The notes under the pieces: generated by a model
What the model was told of the DNA's origin: nothing
What the model saw: only the letters and a program-made list of their open reading frames with translations
Databases searched by the model: none
Made by a program: the position numbers and the translations under genes
Origin: an uncultured archaeon
GTDB taxonomy: Archaea; Asgardarchaeota; Hermodarchaeia; Hermodarchaeales; Hermodarchaeaceae
Direction: 5' to 3'
Length of the DNA: 64,000 bases
Assembly: GCA_964347045.1 (NCBI GenBank)
Contig: CAYFXC010000002.1
Coordinates: 96,001-160,000 of the forward strand
In this document: positions 57,662 through 64,000 of the stretch, in pieces
Layout: every line of letters starts with the position of its first letter
Numbering within the stretch: the first letter of the stretch is position 1

Positions 57662-58708
57662 GTGGCGCGTCTTCCAAAGGATAAAGATTTTGTGGAAACT
57701 AAAGAGGGATTATTCTTCACAATTGTGGGCTATTTACATCCACCCGATTCATATACAGCCTATCTGAAGTACCGTCCAAATCAGAAAGGGAAATGGGAAC
57801 GAGAAGGAGTTCACTACCAGCGTATGATGCAAGTATATAGCGCGGCAGAGGTACAAACTAGCAGTAATTGGCTGTTGGAAAATCACCCAGAGTACATCAA
57901 GCTTGATCCAGTGCGAGCAATTAAACTTCCTTTAATTCCCAGAGAGAATATTGTAGCACATTATTTACCTGAAATTCGAATGACCGAAATTATCCATAGC
58001 CCTCAAGATTCATTGGAATCCAAAACCAAAGCCCTAGTGACATTGCTATCAGAGGCTAGTGGTGTAGAGAAGACCCGGTTCGGAATTTCAGGATCTATTC
58101 TTTTAGAAATTCATAATCCCATGTTTTCGGATATTGATCTACTCGTCTATGGTCAGGATAATGCGCAACATGTTCGAGCTGTGATGGACGAGTTATTTGG
58201 CGAAAACAAAGTTAAGCCGTATTCAGGCGAGGAGATTCAAGCGTGGCAGTTAAGGCAAGTTCGAACCCTAGGAATACCTGCACGCTATGCCGAACAAATC
58301 GCCTGGTCACATTGGCAGCGTGGTCGTTTTAGTAAAACCGCCTTTTCAATTACCCCGGTTCGGATGGATGGGGAAATTATGAATCAATATGGCGATGAAA
58401 CGTTTTCTCCTGTAGAGAGTGTTGAATTTACAGCCACTATCATAGAAGATGAGTCAAACCTGTTCGTTCCTGCTAGATACCTTGTCAGTGATATCAACAT
58501 AGAGGAAGGATATACAGAATTGCCAGCTTTAACTGAGGTAGTTTGTTTTGAGGGAATATTTTCAGCAGTTTTTCATAAGAACGATAGGGTAAGAATTAGA
58601 GGAATGGTTGAAGCTGTTCGTGACAAGAATGGCAATGTTCTTCGAAATCATGTAATTGTTGGAACCTTGTCAGCGCAAGGTTGGATTATTCGTTTGCCAT
58701 CATCATGA
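57662..58708 (+). CDS. Predicted archaeal nucleotidyltransferase, tandem paralog
   Basis: KDFVETKEGLFF..GYLHPPD; GISGSIL...SDIDLLVYG. Confidence 0.85.
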   Translation: MARLPKDKDFVETKEGLFFTIVGYLHPPDSYTAYLKYRPNQKGKWEREGVHYQRMMQVYSAAEVQTSSNWLLENHPEYIKLDPVRAIKLPLIPRENIVAHYLPEIRMTEIIHSPQDSLESKTKALVTLLSEASGVEKTRFGISGSILLEIHNPMFSDIDLLVYGQDNAQHVRAVMDELFGENKVKPYSGEEIQAWQLRQVRTLGIPARYAEQIAWSHWQRGRFSKTAFSITPVRMDGEIMNQYGDETFSPVESVEFTATIIEDESNLFVPARYLVSDINIEEGYTELPALTEVVCFEGIFSAVFHKNDRVRIRGMVEAVRDKNGNVLRNHVIVGTLSAQGWIIRLPSS

Positions 58709-58806
58709 ATTGTCGATAGGAGTTTTTAATGCCTTGGGCTTCAGCAAGAGATTTATTAAAGGTCATTTGTTATCGATTGCAACCAGAAGTGGAGTGATGT
58801 AGATCA

Positions 58807-59205
58807 ATGCCTAGCTTGGAAGTCGTGTTATTAACCGGTCGGACTCGTCGTCAGGGTGTGGGCCTTGAAGCGGGAAAACTTAGTGAAATTTACCATGAAG
58901 CTACGACTCAAATTCGCCTTGATCCCACTGATTTAGAGAAATTACAAATTGAACCTGGCGATACCGTTGAGGTTACTACTGAAAATGGAAGTGTTGTGTT
59001 GCGAGCAGAACTTGCGCCACGGGCTAGTGAGGGGATTGGGTTCATCCCCTATGGTCCTTGGGCTAACTGTATAATTAGTGGAGACACAGATAGCACAGGG
59101 ATGCCCACAATGAAAGGGTTGAAGGCAAAAATTACACCCGCCCCTGAAAAGCAGGTTTTAACACTTCAAGAACTGTTTGCTACTATGCATCGTTCCACAA
59201 CTTAA
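58807..59205 (+). CDS. fwdD: Formylmethanofuran dehydrogenase subunit D
   Basis: LLTGRTRRQG, FIPYGPWAN, TDSTGMPTMKG. Confidence 0.9.
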   Translation: MPSLEVVLLTGRTRRQGVGLEAGKLSEIYHEATTQIRLDPTDLEKLQIEPGDTVEVTTENGSVVLRAELAPRASEGIGFIPYGPWANCIISGDTDSTGMPTMKGLKAKITPAPEKQVLTLQELFATMHRSTT

Positions 59206-59238
59206 TTTGGTTGGATTTCAACGAATTTGGGAGATTCT

Positions 59239-61422
59239 ATGATTACGATCATCATCCTAAGTGTTGCAATTTTCATTGGATTATTAGCAATTCTCGTCGC
59301 TTTGGTATTTTATCAACTAGTAATGCGAGAAGATGAAGGCAACGAGCGAATGCAAGAGGTGAGCAAACTCATCGAGGATGGAGCCCAATCGTTTCTTCGC
59401 GTTCAATATCGGATTATCGCAGTCTTCACCATTGCTATGGCCGTGCTCATTGGAGTTTCTGAGTTTTTATTCGGTGCTACTGGAATTACCACTGTTGCTC
59501 TTGCGCTGGCTGTTTCATTCATCATTGGCTGTTTTTCGAGCATGCTAGCAGGTTATATCGGAATGTTGGTCGCAACACGGGCAAACCGACGTACTGCAGC
59601 AGGCGCAGAAGCAGGTGGGATGAATCCTGCTTTTCGTGTGGCGTTTAGGGCAGGATCGGTAATGGGCCTAATCATCAGTGGACTCGCCCTTTTGGGAATT
59701 GCGTCTTTGTATTTACTCTGGAATTTCGTGTTTCCCGTTCTTGGATTAAATGGCGGTATTGCGCTATGGGAGATAATCATTGGATTTTCCTTTGGGGCAA
59801 GCAGTGTAGCACTTTTTGCACGGGCAGGAGGAGGAATTTTCACAAAAACTGCAGATATCGCGGCAGATATTGTTGGAAAGGTAGAGTATGATATTCCAGA
59901 GGATGATCCACGAAATCCGGCAGCAATTGCAGATGCAGTCGGTGATAATGTCGGAGACGTGGCAGGAACGGGTGCTGATATTTTCGATAGTAATATCGCT
60001 GCGATTTTAGCAGCCGCGATTTTGGGAGCAACAATTGATTTGGTTCTAATTACTAGTGGGATTTACGTGCTCATTCCCTACGGATTGATTCCGCTGATAA
60101 TTACAACTCTAGGCGGGATAGCGGCCATAGTGGGTGTCTTTACGGTTCGGACTAGTGATACTTGTGAACCTGATTGTTCGCTCAACAATGGCACCTATTA
60201 TTCTACAATCCTATTTGGTGTACTTATTGTGGTTGTATTGTTCCTTCTCCAAGTACCCATTGTCATTGCAATTGCTGGCATACTTGGACTTCTTGCAGGA
60301 GTTCTCATAGGATTCGTATCGAATATATTCACCAATGATTATGGCTTTGGACGTTTCCAACCCGTTCAAAGTATGGTCCGATCGGCGGAAACCAGTACAG
60401 GCACATTGGCCTTATCTGGCTTTTCATATGGTCTTCTAAGTGTTGTTCCTTCGGTGGTGGGCATTGTTGTAGCATTAGTTGCAGCATTTATTCTTGGAAC
60501 CCTAATTCCTATACCTGGACCAGTTGGTTTCTGGCAAGCGGGAGTTTTTGCAGTATCAATTTCCGCAGTGGGGCTATTAGCCACGAACGGTCTAGTTGTG
60601 AGCGCAGATGCGTATGGTCCTATTGTAGATAATGCCCGAGGAATCATTGAGCAATCCGGGGCATCAAAGGAAGCAATTGAGGAATGCGACAAACTTGACG
60701 CAATTGGAAATACAACAAAGGCAATCACCAAAGGTTTTGCCATTGGTGCTACGGCATTAACCGTTTTTGCCCTTTTTGCAGCGTATATTGAACTTGCCAC
60801 TCAAATAACTGGAACAATCATATTCATCGACCTTCTTAACCCAGTTGTCCTTGCAGGAGCTCTAATTGGTGGAATATTACCAGCAGCGTTCTCTGCAATT
60901 TTAATACTCGGCGTTCAAAAAAATGCTGACAAACTTATTATCGAAATTCGTCGACAGTTTCGAGAGAACCCCGGGATACTTGAAGGTAAGTCAATGCCCA
61001 ATTATGACCGAGGGATCAAAATTGCCACACAAGGGGCCTTACGGGAGCTTTTACCTGCCACGATTATTGCAATCATTACTACAGTAATTACCGGTATAAT
61101 ATTGGGTCTAGAAGCTCTTGCAGCCTATCTAGCTGGAGCAGTAATTGTTGGCCTTATCCTTGCACTATTCATGGATAATTCAGGTGGCGCCTGGGATAAT
61201 ACCAAGAAATTCATTGAATCGCCAGCTTATGATCATGATAAACCAAACTATCATAGAATTCATTCTGCATCCGTAGTCGGTGATACTATCGGTGATCCCT
61301 TTAAAGACACGGCAGGACCTTCAATTAATACCCTTCTCACTGTAACTAGTCTTACAGCTACGATTTTTCTCCCTTTGATTTGGACAGGACATCTTTGGCT
61401 CATAATCCTACTTTTACCGTGA
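59239..61422 (+). CDS. hppA: Membrane H+-translocating pyrophosphatase, K+-independent type
   Basis: GGGIFTKTADIAAD, IPEDDPRNP, GDNVGD, DAYGP, GNTTKA, GGAWDN, GDPFKDTAGPS. Confidence 0.95.
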   Translation: MITIIILSVAIFIGLLAILVALVFYQLVMREDEGNERMQEVSKLIEDGAQSFLRVQYRIIAVFTIAMAVLIGVSEFLFGATGITTVALALAVSFIIGCFSSMLAGYIGMLVATRANRRTAAGAEAGGMNPAFRVAFRAGSVMGLIISGLALLGIASLYLLWNFVFPVLGLNGGIALWEIIIGFSFGASSVALFARAGGGIFTKTADIAADIVGKVEYDIPEDDPRNPAAIADAVGDNVGDVAGTGADIFDSNIAAILAAAILGATIDLVLITSGIYVLIPYGLIPLIITTLGGIAAIVGVFTVRTSDTCEPDCSLNNGTYYSTILFGVLIVVVLFLLQVPIVIAIAGILGLLAGVLIGFVSNIFTNDYGFGRFQPVQSMVRSAETSTGTLALSGFSYGLLSVVPSVVGIVVALVAAFILGTLIPIPGPVGFWQAGVFAVSISAVGLLATNGLVVSADAYGPIVDNARGIIEQSGASKEAIEECDKLDAIGNTTKAITKGFAIGATALTVFALFAAYIELATQITGTIIFIDLLNPVVLAGALIGGILPAAFSAILILGVQKNADKLIIEIRRQFRENPGILEGKSMPNYDRGIKIATQGALRELLPATIIAIITTVITGIILGLEALAAYLAGAVIVGLILALFMDNSGGAWDNTKKFIESPAYDHDKPNYHRIHSASVVGDTIGDPFKDTAGPSINTLLTVTSLTATIFLPLIWTGHLWLIILLLP

Positions 61423-61720
61423 TTTGAAACCAAGTCCATAATCCAGAAAAAAATGTTCTATGAAAGACATTGGCTAGATTTTTCATCCGATTAAAATGTC
61501 AAAATCTATTGAAGTCAACATAATGTTACATGCAATCAGACTTCCACTGCGTAAGCGTGCCATCCATAGATATTAAGGTGATAAATCAGAAATTCCGAAC
61601 TAACTAGTTCGGAATCACTCTTTTTTCTCTAATCTTCTGCGAAAATATTAACTAACCGGGTTCCATGAATTCAAAAGTGTTTAGCCACTTTCACATTCAA
61701 CCTCTGACCAAGGTTAGGGT

Positions 61721-62590
61721 ATGATTACTATGTCTGAATCCGATATGGTTCGTAAACCCTTGATACCTCCAATTCTATTGTCAATTTTGTTTTTTATAAT
61801 TGCCATGATTTTCCGTATCATCGACATATTTGTACTACAGCTCCATTTAACAAATTGGAGCATAATTACATCCAAAGTAATTCCTCTAGTTTTGCTTCTC
61901 ATCTATGTCGGTGTTGTATACCGCACCTTCTCCGTACTTGGCATTCACATAAAATATTTGATCACTAACATCGTGCTAGGTATTCTGACTTATCTTGTCT
62001 ACTTTGTTCTTCCATACATTTTAGAATATTACATCGAAGTTGTCCTAGGACTAGGACCCAGACTATCGTTGACTACAGCCCCCGTATTCTTAATCGCCTA
62101 CTTTCTAGTTTTCTATATCATCAATTCATTCATGGAAGAAGGTGTTTTCCGTGGGCTCATGATGCGCTGTTTCATGACCAAGACCAACGTCAACATTGCC
62201 AACGTCATTCAGTCCGTCTTCTTTGGCTTCTGGCACATTGTTTGGCCCATCAATGCTCTATTCAGTGGGATGAACCCAATTAGCGCAGGATGGTACGCAG
62301 CCTACTACGTGGCTTCAACTTTTGTTTTTGGTATTGTCACTGGTTACATGTTTCAAAAAACCAGTAGCCTATGGGGCCCAATCATTTTACACACTCTCTG
62401 GAATTTTACACTCTTCATGATAACACTGACCTATCTATTTCCTCCGAATGAAACAATGACACTAATCATTTATGGCACAACCATCGCAACAGAAATTGTT
62501 GGTGCCATCATTACCATTGTTCTCATCAAATTCATTAGTCAACGACAGAAACTCCCCGAACTAACACCTTGGAATACTCCGCTTCCCTAA
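61721..62590 (+). CDS. CPBP (Abi/CAAX) intramembrane metalloprotease
   Basis: EEGVFRG, FFGFWH, LHTLWN. Confidence 0.9.
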   Translation: MITMSESDMVRKPLIPPILLSILFFIIAMIFRIIDIFVLQLHLTNWSIITSKVIPLVLLLIYVGVVYRTFSVLGIHIKYLITNIVLGILTYLVYFVLPYILEYYIEVVLGLGPRLSLTTAPVFLIAYFLVFYIINSFMEEGVFRGLMMRCFMTKTNVNIANVIQSVFFGFWHIVWPINALFSGMNPISAGWYAAYYVASTFVFGIVTGYMFQKTSSLWGPIILHTLWNFTLFMITLTYLFPPNETMTLIIYGTTIATEIVGAIITIVLIKFISQRQKLPELTPWNTPLP

Positions 62591-62707
62591 ATACACATTC
62601 AGAAACCATCTTAGAATGAAAAGACAGTAGTGTGGGCGAACCGCTTAAATGACAGAACCGCCTTGTACAACAACACCTTATGTTAGGTGCTAAATGAGGT
62701 TCAGTTC

Positions 62708-64000
62708 ATGGCTACCAAAGACACCGACGCTATTCTCTCCACTCCAAGATCGCGTATCACGAAACATGTCATCTGCCCATTTTGTGGTTGCCTATGTGAC
62801 GACATAGAAGTTGCTGTGACACTAACTGGTCCTCTGCCTCGTGTTCCTGAAGGAACAATTGTGGAGGCTTTGAATGCCTGTCGAATTGGACATACTAAAT
62901 TTCTGAAGGTACGGGACGAGTTTCGAATTTACAAACCGGAGTTGCGGTCGGGTCCAAATAAGTCAGAGGTTCGGCAAGTTTCCTTGGAAGAAGCGGTAAA
63001 AGTTGCAGCAAAAATCCTAGTAGATGCAAAACGGCCTGTGATTTATGGATTAGCCAGTACTTCCAATGAAGCGAATGCTAAAGCATTAGAACTAGCGGAG
63101 GTGTCTGGTGCAATAGTCGATAACACTTCATCTGTATGTCATGGTCCCGGTATTGAAGCAGTACAACGTGTTGGGATTGGTACATGTACACTAGGTAAAA
63201 TCAAAAATTATTCAGATTTGATTATATACTGGGGCTGTAATCCGGTTGCCGCTCACCCACGACATACTAGACGCTATTCTCAATTTATTGAAGGATTATT
63301 CCAGCAAGTGGAAGATCGAAAAATCTACCATATCGACGTCCGACCTACAAGATTCACAGATCAGGTTACAAATTCGATTATTGTTAAACCAAATAAGGAC
63401 TATGAACTTATCCAAGCTATACGAGCACTTTTACATGGATACGAGTTGCAGGCTTCAGAGGTAGCTGGTGTCCCAATGCGCCAAATTCGCGAATTTGCCA
63501 ATGATTTGAAGAGTGCTAAATTCACGACAATTTTCTTCGGATTAGGACTGACACAAACCCATGGTAAGGATCACAATGTATCAGCAGCTATCGATCTTAC
63601 TGCAGATTTGAACCATCACACAAAAGCAGTTATTATGCCCTTGCGAGGACATTTCAATGTCACTGGTTCAAACCATGTGTCCACATGGACCTATGGATAT
63701 CCGTTTTCTGTGAGTTTAGAGCAGGGCGCGCCGTACTATATGCCCGGTGAAACTAGCGCAGTTGATGTGCTAGCTCGAGGAGAAGCTGATGCGTTCTTTG
63801 CAGTTGCTGCGGATCCCGCAGCGTCATTTCCCATGGCGGCTGTTAAAGAAATGATGAAAATGCCAGTTATTGTGTTAGATCCCAAGCGATGTGCAACAAC
63901 CGAAATCGCAGATGTAGTTCTTCCTTCAGCTTATGTTGGCATTGAAGCAGAGGGAGTACAAACGGCGTACCGAATGGACGGAATTCCACTTCAACTTGAC
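62708..64000 (+). CDS. fwdB: Formylmethanofuran dehydrogenase subunit B, 3'-truncated by window edge (absent from ORF track)
   Basis: Hand translation: CPFCGCLCDDI, DNTSSVCHGP, YWGCNP..AHPRH, LRGHFNVTG, AYRMDGIP. Confidence 0.93.
   Translation, partial: MATKDTDAILSTPRSRITKHVICPFCGCLCDDIEVAVTLTGPLPRVPEGTIVEALNACRIGHTKFLKVRDEFRIYKPELRSGPNKSEVRQVSLEEAVKVAAKILVDAKRPVIYGLASTSNEANAKALELAEVSGAIVDNTSSVCHGPGIEAVQRVGIGTCTLGKIKNYSDLIIYWGCNPVAAHPRHTRRYSQFIEGLFQQVEDRKIYHIDVRPTRFTDQVTNSIIVKPNKDYELIQAIRALLHGYELQASEVAGVPMRQIREFANDLKSAKFTTIFFGLGLTQTHGKDHNVSAAIDLTADLNHHTKAVIMPLRGHFNVTGSNHVSTWTYGYPFSVSLEQGAPYYMPGETSAVDVLARGEADAFFAVAADPAASFPMAAVKEMMKMPVIVLDPKRCATTEIADVVLPSAYVGIEAEGVQTAYRMDGIPLQLD

Noticed and set aside
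62708-64000. Possible selenocysteine recoding explaining why fwdB is missing from the ORF track
   Set aside because: The active-site codon is TGT (Cys); the gene is missing only because it runs off the window without a stop.

Overview
Gene-dense archaeal chromosome segment, most likely from an Asgard archaeon (two-domain gelsolin, longin-like, V4R, GIFT/IFT52-like and extra CDC48 genes alongside cofE, an MptN/RimK-like ligase, fwdB/fwdD, tungsten AOR and a KorABDG-type operon). Housekeeping content includes a B12 acyl-CoA mutase operon with isobutyryl-CoA-mutase-type residues, a bifurcating-type EtfAB, acyl-CoA dehydrogenase, kynureninase, thiamine-related genes and a K+-independent H+-PPase. 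I recognised no rRNA, tRNA, CRISPR array or transposase. The most notable signal is not in the ORF track as such: three paralogous minus-strand mini-genes (14125-14268, 20483-20626, 20982-21122) encode homologous basic 46-47 aa peptides. Each has a strong Shine-Dalgarno, the same upstream element (yTTGyAC-N6-GCTCCCATCGAwT) and a GC-rich, strongly base-paired 3' RNA. A fourth locus (54059-54671) has a variant of the element, a similar C-terminal segment and 3' hairpins. Two families of tandem Lrp-like regulators lie nearby. Other points of interest are a CDC48/PH-like/SPFH/V4R operon flanked by GIFT and longin genes, and three genes that appear to use ATA/ATC/ATT start codons. All family assignments come from motif recognition by eye; no searches were run.
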